Origin: Verrucomicrobiales bacterium
Lineage (GTDB): Bacteria; Verrucomicrobiota; Verrucomicrobiia; Verrucomicrobiales; DEV007
Assembly (NCBI GenBank): GCA_029213265.1
Contig: JARGNG010000016.1
Coordinates: 39,295 to 103,294, forward strand
Length of the DNA stretch: 64,000 nt
Direction: 5' to 3'
Of this stretch, positions 21,496-31,684 are shown piece by piece. The position numbers and the translations under genes are program-made. The notes under the pieces are model-generated. The model worked only from the letters and a program-made list of their open reading frames with translations, ran no database searches and was not told where the DNA came from. Position 1 is the stretch's first letter. Each line of letters begins with the position of its first letter.

Positions 21496-21768
21496 TCAGT
21501 CTAAAATCGAAAATCCTCTTACGTTTTCCAAAAGCGGCACGGAACGTTCTTCCTGTTCCTGAATGTGGTGTCCGAGGGGGCTGTCGTGTAATTCCTGGAT
21601 GAACTCGTCGAGTTCCTCCGCTTCCCCCATGAGCTGCAGCTCGACCCGGCCGTCGGGCAGGTTTTTGACCCAACCGAGCACATCGAAGCCTTTGGCGAGC
21701 TGCTTCGTGGAGTAGCGAAATCCGACTCCCTGCACTCGTCCGGCGAATAAATACTGCCGCGCTGTCAT
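21496..21768 (-). CDS. acyP: Acylphosphatase
   Basis: GRVQGVGFRY, GWVKNLPDGRVE. Confidence 0.93.
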   Translation of the reverse strand: MTARQYLFAGRVQGVGFRYSTKQLAKGFDVLGWVKNLPDGRVELQLMGEAEELDEFIQELHDSPLGHHIQEQEERSVPLLENVRGFSILD

Positions 21769-21920
21769 TCCCTATCATAAGGCAGGAAAAAGACTTCCCG
21801 CCAGCGGAAAGAGCCAAGAAACGGTTGCAGTCCGTCGCTCGTGCGTAACGATGGCGGAAACGAAATGAGCGGGATGGCTTGCCAAGTGGGGCCGATTCGG
21901 ATCATTCTCCCCCTTCGCAC

Positions 21921-22724
21921 ATGAAAGCCTACCTCGACCTGCTCGAACATGTTCTTAGCAACGGCACGAAGCGTGACGACCGAACCGGTACAGGGACAAT
22001 CAGTGTTTTTGGTGCCCAGGCGCGGTTTGATCTGCGGGAAAGTTTTCCCTGTCTCACTACGAAAAAGCTGCACCTTCGCTCGATCATTCACGAATTGCTC
22101 TGGTTCCTGAACGGGGACACCAATATCAAGTATCTGAACGACAACGGCGTTTCGATCTGGGACGAGTGGGCCGACGAGAACGGTGATCTTGGTCCTGTTT
22201 ATGGAAAGCAATGGCGATCCTGGGCGGTGGGGAACAGTGGAGAAACGATTGATCAGCTCGCCCGTGTTGTTGACTCGATCCGGAATAATCCGACGAGCCG
22301 GCGCCACATTGTCAGTGCCTGGAATCCTGCCGACGTCGAACAAATGGCGCTGCCTCCCTGCCACACCATGTTCCAGTTTTACGTCGACACGACTCGAAAT
22401 GAATTGAGCTGCCAGCTATATCAGCGAAGTGCCGATCTTTTTCTGGGGGTTCCGTTCAACATCGCCTCCTACGCCTTGCTCACGATGATGATGGCGCAGG
22501 TGTGCGATCTCAAGCCGGGTGATTTTGTTCACACCTTTGGCGATTTGCACCTGTATCAGAACCACCTCGACCAAACCCGCGAACAGCTCTCCCGTGAGCC
22601 GCGACCGCTTCCGCAAATGAAGATCAATCCCGAAATCAAAGAGATCGACGGATTCTGCTACGAGGATTTTGAATTGGTGGGGTACGATCCTCATCCAGCG
22701 ATCAAAGCCCCGATCGCCGTATGA
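21921..22724 (+). CDS. thyA: Thymidylate synthase
   Basis: [28 protein letters not shown]. Confidence 0.97.
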   Translation: MKAYLDLLEHVLSNGTKRDDRTGTGTISVFGAQARFDLRESFPCLTTKKLHLRSIIHELLWFLNGDTNIKYLNDNGVSIWDEWADENGDLGPVYGKQWRSWAVGNSGETIDQLARVVDSIRNNPTSRRHIVSAWNPADVEQMALPPCHTMFQFYVDTTRNELSCQLYQRSADLFLGVPFNIASYALLTMMMAQVCDLKPGDFVHTFGDLHLYQNHLDQTREQLSREPRPLPQMKINPEIKEIDGFCYEDFELVGYDPHPAIKAPIAV

Positions 22725-23203
22725 GCCGCCCCGTTCTGAAAGCAGTCGTCGCGATGGCGTCGAACCGCGTCATCGGAAAAGATGGCGATCTACCCTGGCG
22801 TTTGTCCGAGGATCTGAAGTGGTTTAAAAAAATGACACTGGGCCATCCCATTGTGATGGGCAGAAAGACAATGGAGTCCCTGCGCGGGCCATTGCCGAAG
22901 CGGAGGAATATTGTCATTTCGAGAAATGCGGAACGCCTTCCCGGTGGGTTTGAGCTGGTTCGCAGTTGCGAAGACGCGTTGGAGCTTTTGCAGGACGAGG
23001 AGATCGTCTCCATTATCGGTGGAGCGCAAATCTATCGGGAGATGATCCCGAAATGTGATGAAGTTCTCCTGAGCTACGTGTTCCATCCCTACGAAGGAGA
23101 TACCGAGTTACCCGAATTCGAGGCGAATTTCGAAATGAAGGAAGTGCTTTATCGGGATGAGGACTTCGAGCTGCGGAGATACGTGGCGAAGTTGAGGAGT
23201 TGA
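22721..23203 (+). CDS. folA: Dihydrofolate reductase
   Basis: [31 protein letters not shown]; overlaps thyA stop (ATGA). Confidence 0.95.
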   Translation: MSRPVLKAVVAMASNRVIGKDGDLPWRLSEDLKWFKKMTLGHPIVMGRKTMESLRGPLPKRRNIVISRNAERLPGGFELVRSCEDALELLQDEEIVSIIGGAQIYREMIPKCDEVLLSYVFHPYEGDTELPEFEANFEMKEVLYRDEDFELRRYVAKLRS

Positions 23204-23222
23204 GGAGTTGAGGAGTTGAGGA
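23191..23222 (+). repeat. Octamer tandem repeat (GTTGAGGA)x4
   Basis: Four perfect copies overlapping the folA stop codon. Confidence 0.9.
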
Positions 23223-23228
23223 GTGCCG

Positions 23229-23317
23229 CAACCCCAACGGGGTTGTGGAATTCAGCCCCGGGTTCTGGAACCCGGGGAAGTCAGTCGTCCATCTTGAACA
23301 ACCCCAACGGGGTTGTG
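23229..23317 (+). repeat. Left REP-like arm (palindrome - palindrome - palindrome)
   Basis: CAACCCCAACGGGGTTG at 23229 and 23299 with CCCCGGGTTC-TG-GAACCCGGGG between. Confidence 0.85.
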
Positions 23318-23356
23318 TACAATGCACGCCCGAACATCCAATCGCTTTCTTCTCCC

Positions 23357-23812
23357 ATGCCGCAATCTCTCGCACGGATTTTAATCCATACTGTCTTTTC
23401 CACCAAAAACCGGGAATCCGTGTTTCTGGATTCGGCCTTTCGTTCCGAGGCGCATGCCTACCTGGGTGGAGTGGTAAAAACGCTTGGTTGCGTCCCCATT
23501 CAAATCGGTGGAACTGCGGATCATGTCCATCTCTTCACGACCCTATCCCGGACAATCACCATTGCCGAGTTGGTGAAGGAAACAAAGCGCGTTTCGACCA
23601 ATTGGATTCAGGAGCAAGGTTCCGGAACGAAGTCCTTCCATTGGCAGGCCGGTTATGGAGCATTTTCCGTTTCGGAATCCAATTGCAGGGCGGTCGTTTC
23701 CTACATTGAGAATCAGGAAGAGCATCATCGAACCGTTACCTTCCAGGAGGAGTATCGGATGTTTTGTCGAAAACATGGGGTGGAAATCGACGAGCGGTTT
23801 GTTTGGGATTGA
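23357..23812 (+). mobile_element. tnpA: IS200/IS605-family HUH (Y1) transposase, REP-associated (RAYT-like) architecture
   Basis: HTVFSTKNR, DHVHL (HUH), WQAGYGAFSVS, YIENQEEHH. Confidence 0.9.
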
Positions 23813-23834
23813 CGGGTCCCGGCGGTCGGGAGTC

Positions 23835-23923
23835 CACAACCCCTTTGGGGTTCAGGATTGGAAACGGCATTTTCCCCGGGGTTCCGGAACCCCGGGCTGA
23901 AGTACAGAATCCCTTTGGGATTC
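23835..23923 (-). repeat. Right REP-like arm, inverted copy of the left arm
   Basis: AACCCC-TTT-GGGGTT, CCCGGGGTTC-CG-GAACCCCGGG, GAATCCC-TTT-GGGATTC; reverse complement aligns with 23229-23317. Confidence 0.85.
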
Positions 23924-23947
23924 GTTCCCGGGTGTTCGAGTGGAATC

Positions 23948-24031
23948 CCAAAACCCAAAACCCAAGATCCAAGATCCAAGATCCAAAACCCAAGATCCAA
24001 TATCCAAGATCCAATATCCAAGATCCAAGAT
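23948..24031 (+). repeat. Heptamer tandem repeat, 12 units (CCAAGAT, variants CCAAAAC and CCAATAT)
   Basis: Read directly from sequence. Confidence 0.9.
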
Positions 24032-24081
24032 CCCGGCCGCCGCGCGGAATATCCCGGCCGCCGCCCGAAAGAGGCCAAACG

Positions 24082-26448
24082 CTACCCTCCCAGACTTTGC
24101 ACCAACTGTTGTAGCTGCTGATTCTCCGGCTGCACTTTCAGCGCCTCTCTCGCATAAAAAAGAGCTTTCTCTGTTTTCCCGGCGTCTCTGAGAATCGCAG
24201 AAAGACCGGCCAGATACTCCACATTGTAGCGATCGAGTTCGTGCGCTTTTTCGAGATACGGCAGGGCCTCTTCAAAGCGCCCCGTTGAGTTCAGAGCGAC
24301 CCCGTAGAAGTAGTGCGTCTGCGCATGACGGGGCATCAGCTCCGTTGCCTGTCGCAGCTCTTCGATCCCTTCATCGTAGCGTTTCATCCGAATCAGAAAG
24401 CGGGCGAGCGCATCGCGGGCAAGTCCTTGATTCTCCGGAAGCATGGCGGCCTCGACCGCATCCCGGAATACCTCCTCCGCCTCTTTCGGCTTATTCTGGT
24501 CGTAGAGCAATTCAGCGAGATTGACGCGGGCAGGGACGAACTCGGGTTCCACTTTCGCGGCAGTCCGATAGGTTGCCTCGGCTTTTTCGAGATCCCCTAG
24601 GTCGGTGTAGAAAAGGGCGAGGTCCATGTGGCCGGCCGCCCGGTCGAAGATGGCCGACTGCCGATCATACAGATCCTCCGCCGCCCGATCAAAGGAAGCG
24701 AGTCCGGCTTCATCGAGTTGACTGCGTAAGGGGGCAACGGCACGTGCTGCGGTCGCGCGAACCGATTTGACCGGATCATCGAGCAGGGGGATCGCAGCGC
24801 GACGTTGGGTCACTGGGTAGACCAGCAACGCACTCAATCCTTCCGCCCTGACTACGGGATCCGGATCCTCGAGGCTGCGAAGAATGGCGCCAACGGATTC
24901 TGGTGTGGGTGCCTGCTGACCTACGGTTTCCACGGCCGCGGCTCGAACAATCCACGGCCTGTCGGGATCGTTGGCAAGAGCAATGAGCCGGTCCATTGAA
25001 CCTGGCTGGCCTGCTCTGGCAGCGGCGAGAATTTCCCCGAAGTGAGCGTTGCGTGGCCCGGCACCCCACCAGTTCTTGAAATGCTCGACGGCCCAGTCCT
25101 GTGACTGGTCTTCGTGGCATTGGGTGCAGGCGTCGGGCGCTCCGATTTCCCTGGCGAGGTCGGGACGCGGAATGCGTATGCTGTGATCGCGGCGATCATC
25201 AATTCCCATGTAGGGTTGCTCCGGCATGTGACATTCGACACAGCTTGCCCCGGTGCTATCCATCGGGTGAAAATGGTGGGCGGGGGTGTTCAATTCGCCC
25301 TGGTGGCACTGGAGGCAGAGCGCATTCCCGGGAAGCTTGAGCTTCATGGAATGAGGATTGTGGCAATCCGAACAGCGAACCCCTGCGTGAAACATTTTGC
25401 TCTGCACATAGGATCCGTAGACATAGACCTCCTCATCGATTTGACCATCGTGATGATAGAGGCGGTCACTGATCACCGAAGGAAGGTGCGTGTCGTGAAA
25501 GCTTTGCCCGGCGGTGTAGTCGGGTTCCATCAGCTGACGGTGGGAATGACAACGGGCACAGGTTTCCACCTGGACATCGGATTGAATCGGCACGGTTCGT
25601 TTCGGCAGGTTGGTCTCTGGATCGATCACCCAGCCGCCTTCTTCCGGTTCCTTGAGAGTGACGACCAGGCCTTTGGACTTCACGTATTCCTTCAGTGCAG
25701 AAAAGTCGCTTTCGGGGGTGGTTCCCGCTTTGGCTGCCTTGTCGGCTTCGGCCCACTTGACGTGCTCCGAGCCGGGGCCGTGGCAGGCTTCGCAGGTCAC
25801 GTTCATGTCCGTCCAGGTCGTATTGTAGGTGAGTGTGTCAGGGTCGAAATTCTTTTTCAGATTTGTTGAGTGACAATCGGCACACATGTAATTCCAGTTG
25901 AAGTGGCGCCGGCTCCAGTGCAGCAAGTCGTCTGCAGGAACTGCCTCATCCGGGTAGAGATGATACCAGCGCTGTCCGCCTTCTTCTTCGGGCCGCGAAT
26001 CCCAGCAAACCTGCAGGGCCTGATACTTTCCTCCATCAAAAGGGATCAGGTATTGCTGTAGAGGGTAGTGACCGAAGGTGTATTCGATCTTCATATCGCG
26101 ATACTCGCCGGATTCGTCCTGAGCATGGATCCAGTATTCCCCGCCCTTTCGGAAAAAGCGGAACTTCTGTCCGAAATGGTCAAACTCAGCATCGTCGAAA
26201 TTGCCGAGGACAAATTCCTCCGTTGCCGGATTCATCGCGAGATGGTGGTCGCTCTGGAGCCAGTCCCGGTATTGTTCATCGTGACAGGACGTGCAGTTCT
26301 TCAGGCCCACGTATTCGACACCCGGAATGTCATGATAGGGCGAGTAGTCGGCGTCGGTGGTCACATCGGATTCTTTTTTTCCGGGACCGCAGGAGACCGA
26401 CAAGATCGTCAGGCCGGCGAGAAGAAGAATTGGAAAATAGCGAAGCAT
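24082..26448 (-). CDS. Octaheme c-type cytochrome with HEAT and TPR repeats (lipoprotein-like signal)
   Basis: 8 CxxCH (CTSCH, CADCH, CEACH, CARCH, CSDCH, CLQCH, CVECH, CTQCH); C-terminal HEAT/TPR; LSVSC lipobox-like. Confidence 0.88.
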   Translation of the reverse strand: MLRYFPILLLAGLTILSVSCGPGKKESDVTTDADYSPYHDIPGVEYVGLKNCTSCHDEQYRDWLQSDHHLAMNPATEEFVLGNFDDAEFDHFGQKFRFFRKGGEYWIHAQDESGEYRDMKIEYTFGHYPLQQYLIPFDGGKYQALQVCWDSRPEEEGGQRWYHLYPDEAVPADDLLHWSRRHFNWNYMCADCHSTNLKKNFDPDTLTYNTTWTDMNVTCEACHGPGSEHVKWAEADKAAKAGTTPESDFSALKEYVKSKGLVVTLKEPEEGGWVIDPETNLPKRTVPIQSDVQVETCARCHSHRQLMEPDYTAGQSFHDTHLPSVISDRLYHHDGQIDEEVYVYGSYVQSKMFHAGVRCSDCHNPHSMKLKLPGNALCLQCHQGELNTPAHHFHPMDSTGASCVECHMPEQPYMGIDDRRDHSIRIPRPDLAREIGAPDACTQCHEDQSQDWAVEHFKNWWGAGPRNAHFGEILAAARAGQPGSMDRLIALANDPDRPWIVRAAAVETVGQQAPTPESVGAILRSLEDPDPVVRAEGLSALLVYPVTQRRAAIPLLDDPVKSVRATAARAVAPLRSQLDEAGLASFDRAAEDLYDRQSAIFDRAAGHMDLALFYTDLGDLEKAEATYRTAAKVEPEFVPARVNLAELLYDQNKPKEAEEVFRDAVEAAMLPENQGLARDALARFLIRMKRYDEGIEELRQATELMPRHAQTHYFYGVALNSTGRFEEALPYLEKAHELDRYNVEYLAGLSAILRDAGKTEKALFYAREALKVQPENQQLQQLVQSLGG

Positions 26449-26538
26449 GAATCGGTGAATGGGTAGGAGGATACGACGGGAAAAAGGGGGAAGCGACTAC
26501 TCAACCCTGTTGAATGCCGGACTAAACCCTGTTTACTC

Positions 26539-27573
26539 ATGGGAACCATGCCGGATCTACGCGTTTTTCTCCAACAGACTTTTGAGAAATCGGGCGGACT
26601 TATGCCGTTCGAAAATTTCATGGCGATGGCTCTTTACGATCCGAATTTCGGATACTACGCCACCGCGATTGAGGATGTGGGCGGTGACCGGGGCGATTTC
26701 GCCACCTCGGCAACCTTATCGAGGGGGCTTGGGCAAACGTTCGCAAAATGGATTCAGGACGAGCGTGATCACCACGAATGGGACGGTCCCGTTTCCGTGA
26801 TCGAGGTGGGAGCAGGGAACGGTGCTCTTGCCGCGGAAATTCTGCGCTCGTTTGGATGGTGGAAGCGTCGGCATATTAAATATCACATTGTAGAAGTCTC
26901 GGAACCGCTTCGCAGAAAGCAGCAGATCGCTTTGAATTCCTTTTCTGTCACCTGGCACAAAGGAATTGCCGGTGCGCTGGAGGAAACGGGAGGGAAGGCG
27001 ATCGTCTTTTCCAATGAGCTGGTCGATGCGTTCCCCGCCAAGTGGCTGAGTTGGAGTGCGACGGAGTCGCGTTGGCACGAGGTGTTTGTCTCCTTTGATC
27101 CGCTCTCGGGAATCAGTGAAACCTTTCGGTCTCTCCCCAGGTTCTTTCCGGAAGAAAATTATTCCGCGCTGGCATTGGAGAACCCCGAGCCCGGGCAGCG
27201 AGTGGAAATCCAACCGATCTACCAGGCGTGGCTCGCCAACCTGGCTCAGCATCTCGATTCCGGATCCCTGCTTACGATCGATTACGGCGGCAGTGCGAAA
27301 GAGATCTATGATCGTCGTCCCGGCGGCAGTCTGCGGGGATACTTTCGGCAGGAGCGAATCGAGGGACCGGGCATCTACCAGCGATTCGGGAAGCAGGATC
27401 TGACGGTGGATGTCAATTTTGACGACCTCAGAGAGTGGGGGGAAGAGTTCGAGTTGGAGAACGTATCCCTCGAGTCGCAGGCGAGTTTCCTGCAGCGCCA
27501 TGGCCAGGGCGATGACCCCATGGCGGGCGACGGTGTCGGAGAGGCGTTTCGGGTTTTGCATCAACGGAAATAA
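26539..27573 (+). CDS. SAM-dependent methyltransferase, NDUFAF7/MidA family
   Basis: FMAMALYDPNFGYY, GDFATS, EVGAGNG, SNELVDAFP, IDYG, DLTVDVNF. Confidence 0.88.
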   Translation: MGTMPDLRVFLQQTFEKSGGLMPFENFMAMALYDPNFGYYATAIEDVGGDRGDFATSATLSRGLGQTFAKWIQDERDHHEWDGPVSVIEVGAGNGALAAEILRSFGWWKRRHIKYHIVEVSEPLRRKQQIALNSFSVTWHKGIAGALEETGGKAIVFSNELVDAFPAKWLSWSATESRWHEVFVSFDPLSGISETFRSLPRFFPEENYSALALENPEPGQRVEIQPIYQAWLANLAQHLDSGSLLTIDYGGSAKEIYDRRPGGSLRGYFRQERIEGPGIYQRFGKQDLTVDVNFDDLREWGEEFELENVSLESQASFLQRHGQGDDPMAGDGVGEAFRVLHQRK

Positions 27574-27652
27574 GCTCTGTCCTCCGGCTGGCAAATTGCC
27601 TTCAAGATTGCCACTGGACAGCCCCTTGATCGAAACTACTTTATGGGCACGG

Positions 27653-27724
27653 ATGAAATCTACGACACGACGCACCGAACTTTCTGCTCTCCTGCTCTCT
27701 CTTGAGCTGGTGCTACTGGGCTAG
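27653..27724 (+). CDS. Leucine-rich leader peptide (23 aa, 8 Leu) upstream of leuA
   Basis: MKSTTRRTELSALLLSLELVLLG*; ends 98 nt before leuA. Confidence 0.75.
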   Translation: MKSTTRRTELSALLLSLELVLLG

Positions 27725-27768
27725 TCTGCCCTGTTCGTGTTCCTTTTCCCAACTCCCGAAACTCTTTG

Positions 27769-27796
27769 CAGCGGGGGAATTGTGTCCCGCCGTTTT
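27769..27796 (+). terminator. Attenuator terminator of the leuA leader
   Basis: CAGCGGGG-GAATTGTG-TCCCGCCG then TTTT; upstream TCCCG can pair with CGGGG as antiterminator. Confidence 0.6.
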
Positions 27797-27821
27797 CCCC
27801 ATTTTTTAAAACCCAACTGAT

Positions 27822-29525
27822 ATGAAACCTGAATCCATCCAAAAGTACCGACCGTTTCCCGTGGTCGAGCTGCCGGACCGCCAATGGCCGGACCGGACGA
27901 TCACGCATGCCCCGATCTGGTGCAGCGTCGACCTTCGCGACGGAAACCAGGCGCTACCGGTTCCGATGAGCGTGGAGGAAAAGATCCGCCTTTTCGATCA
28001 GTTGGTCCGCATTGGATTCAAGCAGATCGAAGTGGGCTTTCCTTCCGCCGCCGATACCGAGTTCAATTTTCTGCGAGCCCTCGTCGATCAGAATTTGATT
28101 CCCGATGACGTCACCATCCAGGTGCTGGTGCAGGCGCGCGAACATTTGATCCGCCGGACTTTTGAGAGTCTCGCCGGTGTGAAGAAGGCAATCGTTCATC
28201 TCTACAATTCCACCTCGCCTTTGCAGCGACGGGTTACGTTCAGTGATGCCTCGCAGGAGAAGATCAAGCAGATCGCGGTCGACGGAGCGAAGCTGATCCG
28301 GGAGCTTGTCCCTACGGTTCCGGATACAGAGATCTCCCTGCAATATTCGCCGGAGAGTTTTTCGGACACCGAGCTCGACTACGCGGTGGAAGTCTGCAAC
28401 GCAGTGTCGGCTGTCTGGGAGCCGACACCGGACAAAAAGATCATTTTGAATCTTCCCGCGACGGTCGAATGGTCGACACCGAATGTGCACGCGGACCAGA
28501 TCGAGTGGTTTTGCCGTCACGTCGACAATCGCGAGAACTCGATCATCAGTCTGCATACGCACAACGACCGGGGCACCGGCACGGCTGCGACGGAGTTGGG
28601 TTTGCTTGCAGGAGCGGACCGGGTTGAGGGAACCTTGTTCGGAAACGGAGAGCGAACCGGCAACCTTGATCTGGTCATTGTCGCGTTGAACATGAGCAGC
28701 CACGGGATCGAAACGGGGCTCGACTTTTCCGACTTGTCATCAATCCGGCAAGTGTATGAAGAAGTGACTCGTTTAACCGTTCCCGAGCGTCAGCCCTATG
28801 CCGGTGAACTGGTTTTTACCGCCTTTTCGGGAAGTCATCAGGATGCCATCAAGAAAGGCTTTGATCGTCGCGCCCGCGATGTGGAGGAGTCGGGCGATCC
28901 CAATTACGCGTGGGGCGTCCCCTACCTGACAATCGATCCACAGGATATCGGCCGCAGCTATGAGGCCATCATTCGCATCAACAGCCAGAGCGGAAAGGGC
29001 GGCGTCGCCTACGTGCTCGATCGGGAGCATGGTTTTGATCTCCCCAAGACGATGCATCCCCAGGTCGGGAAATATATTTATGACCGTGCCGACGCCGAGG
29101 GCCGCGAGCTGAGCAACGAAGAGATTGGCGATTTCTTTCACGAGCAGTTTGTGAACATCGAGTCCCCCATGAGCCTGACGGAATTTGAACTCGACCACAC
29201 CGGAATGGCGCGGGGTGAGGTGGTCTGCCACGCCACCGTAAAGATTGGAGAGGATACCATCCGGGGAACCGGAAAGGGAAACGGACCGATCAATGCATTT
29301 GTGCACCTGCTGGAGGAATCGGGCCAGAAAGACTTTAAAGTGACCGACTACCGGAGCCAGGCGCTGCGGGGAGGGTCGGATGCCGACTCGGCTGCGTATG
29401 TGCAAATTCAGGATGAAAAATCCGGAATCCTTCTCTGGGGGTGTGGAATCGATCCGTCGATCGAGATGGCCGGATTGAAGGCGCTGATCTGCGCCTGGAA
29501 CCTGCTTCGGAATTCGAAAGCATGA
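27822..29525 (+). CDS. leuA: 2-isopropylmalate synthase
   Basis: WCSVDLRDGNQAL, LHTHNDRG, FGNGERTGN, AFSGSHQDAI. Confidence 0.97.
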   Translation: MKPESIQKYRPFPVVELPDRQWPDRTITHAPIWCSVDLRDGNQALPVPMSVEEKIRLFDQLVRIGFKQIEVGFPSAADTEFNFLRALVDQNLIPDDVTIQVLVQAREHLIRRTFESLAGVKKAIVHLYNSTSPLQRRVTFSDASQEKIKQIAVDGAKLIRELVPTVPDTEISLQYSPESFSDTELDYAVEVCNAVSAVWEPTPDKKIILNLPATVEWSTPNVHADQIEWFCRHVDNRENSIISLHTHNDRGTGTAATELGLLAGADRVEGTLFGNGERTGNLDLVIVALNMSSHGIETGLDFSDLSSIRQVYEEVTRLTVPERQPYAGELVFTAFSGSHQDAIKKGFDRRARDVEESGDPNYAWGVPYLTIDPQDIGRSYEAIIRINSQSGKGGVAYVLDREHGFDLPKTMHPQVGKYIYDRADAEGRELSNEEIGDFFHEQFVNIESPMSLTEFELDHTGMARGEVVCHATVKIGEDTIRGTGKGNGPINAFVHLLEESGQKDFKVTDYRSQALRGGSDADSAAYVQIQDEKSGILLWGCGIDPSIEMAGLKALICAWNLLRNSKA

Positions 29526-30187
29526 GCGCTCAAACAGCGATTCTCTTTGATCTCGACGGCACCTTGCTGGACACCCTTCAGGATCTTGCCGACTCTGGGA
29601 ATGAGGTGTTGTCCGCCCGCGGATTTCCGCCGCATCCGGTGGATGCATACCGGACGTTCATCGGGAACGGAATGGTCAATCTGGTCCGTGATATTTTTCC
29701 GAAGGAACATCGACCGGAGGAGGGCGCCGGGACCGAGGCCGTCCTTGCTGAGTACCGGGAGGCCTACGGACGAAACTGGCAGAACACGACAAGCTTGTTT
29801 CCCGGAATCACCGGGCTTCTCGATGAATTGAAAGTGAAGCAGATTCCCATCGGAGTGCTTTCCAACAAGGCCCACGACTTCACGCTCAAGTGTGTCGAGG
29901 CGTTTCTCAGTGACTGGGAATGGGACATCGTTCTCGGTGCCCGTGAGGGAGTTCTGAAGAAGCCCGATCCTGCCGGCGCCATCGAAGCTGCCGGGGCGGT
30001 CGGGATCGCTCCGGCGGATTGCTGGTTCATCGGAGATTCCGATGTGGATATGTTTACCGCAGTGAATGCCGGGATGCGCGCCGTGGGCGTGAGTTGGGGA
30101 TTCCGACCCGTGGAGGAATTGCGGGAGGCGGGTGCGGAGCTGATTTTGCAAGAACCGGCGGACCTTCTCACTTTCCTGAGAGAGTGA
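29522..30187 (+). CDS. HAD-family hydrolase (phosphoglycolate phosphatase-like)
   Basis: FDLDGTLLDT, KKPDP, IGDSDVD. Confidence 0.9.
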   Translation: MSAQTAILFDLDGTLLDTLQDLADSGNEVLSARGFPPHPVDAYRTFIGNGMVNLVRDIFPKEHRPEEGAGTEAVLAEYREAYGRNWQNTTSLFPGITGLLDELKVKQIPIGVLSNKAHDFTLKCVEAFLSDWEWDIVLGAREGVLKKPDPAGAIEAAGAVGIAPADCWFIGDSDVDMFTAVNAGMRAVGVSWGFRPVEELREAGAELILQEPADLLTFLRE

Positions 30188-30283
30188 TCAGAGAAGATGG
30201 GCGGATTCCCGGGTATTCTTTGAGCGTGTCGGGTGCCGGGTGTTTTTCCTTCTGGAAACGCATCTCCCCCTTTGCTGCAATTA

Positions 30284-31684
30284 TTATCGTGGATCGCCGG
30301 TATTTGTTTTCTGTGGCTGGGGATTCATCTCTGGAAGGATCAGAGACTTGTCTTCCATTTCGGGAGCGATGTTATCGAGGCGTTCGGTTTCGGGAACAAT
30401 CGCCTCATCGGGGAGAAGTTCTTCGATCGGGCGGGTGAATTTTTTTCGTTTCGTTTTCTTCAACAGGGGAGCCGCTTCTTCTTCGAAGACTCTGGCAATT
30501 GCCTTCTTGCGGCTCTCGGAACTCGTGGGATACAACCCGGGACGGAGGTCTTCTTTCAGAGGGATAATCCAGCCGGGAATTTCAAAGAATCCGTAGGAAG
30601 CTTGTGCAAGATCAACCTCTGGATCAATGAGAAGTTGAAACGGGCGGCCGTTCAAACTGGCAATCGCTACGGCACGGATTTCGACGCCGCTGAGATTCAT
30701 GTCCTTGAATGTGTTATCCAGGGCATGGGCATACTGGAGGATCATGTGGGGATTCTTTACCATCTTAACCACGTGCGATTTTCCAATTTTCGGCGCTCGT
30801 CCGCTTTTCTCCAACACGGTTTCCGCTTCTGGTGGGTTGAAGAAAAATTTAAGATAGGCGTCTTTGTCCCTGAGCATCATCCGCCAGGCGTAATAATGTC
30901 CGACTTCTGACCAACTGGGATCGCCACCGTAGCGCAAGGATCGAAAAGGGAGCAGGCAGTGAATCGTAAGGTAGGCGATTATAAACACGGTGACTCCGAC
31001 GGAGGCCAGGCGAGCATTTCCCGTCCCTTTCTCAGTAGCCAACAAGCTTCTCTTTTTTCGGTTCGCTGGACGTTCCTGTTTTCTGTCTTGCAGCTTCTCC
31101 AGGAGTGGTCTTGGCCAGTGCGGCTGAAAGAAAAGGATAAGCAGACCGATGCCTATGAAGGGAAACAGGCCGATCTTGAAGAGAGCGTTGTTTGAAATAT
31201 GAAAACACACGACGGCGATTGCAGCAGGCCAGAACGTCTTTCGATAGAGTAGGAGGAAGCCAATGCAAAAATCGAATACCATTCCTCCGTAGCTCATGCA
31301 CCAGATAAACCATTCCTCATGCAAAACCTGAGGAAACCAGGAGAAGGGGGGCTTGATCGCATCGGGTTGTTTGTTCTTCATCCAGTGGCGTATGGGCTCC
31401 CCCTGGAGCCAGTCGCCCTGCAGTTTTGCAACCCCGCCAAAAAAGTAGACGATCACTACCTGTGCCCGCAGGATGAATAGATGCCAGTAGGGGATTAGGG
31501 GATTTACCTCCTGTCCTTTTCGAGTTCGCCACCAGCTTCGCACGCTAAAGCATTGATCTGCCGCAGTAAGGCTCAAAAGGAATGCAAGGAGCGAAGTGAG
31601 ATAGAAATGGTTGTTGAAATACATCTTATCGATCAGGAAAAGATGTGTGTAGAGGATGGCGAAAACCGTATTGAAGAACCTTCT
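30284..31684 (-). pseudogene. HTTM-domain (vitamin K-dependent carboxylase-like) membrane protein, 5'-truncated
   Basis: LIDKMYFNNHFYL, YFFGGVAKLQGDWL, FHISNNALFKIGLFP, YAWRMMLRDK; family-like sequence stops near 31684 with no start or N-terminal part. Confidence 0.7.

Noticed and set aside
23191-24031. CRISPR array
   Set aside because: Repeats are 7-8-nt tandem units or REP palindromes without unique spacers; no cas genes.
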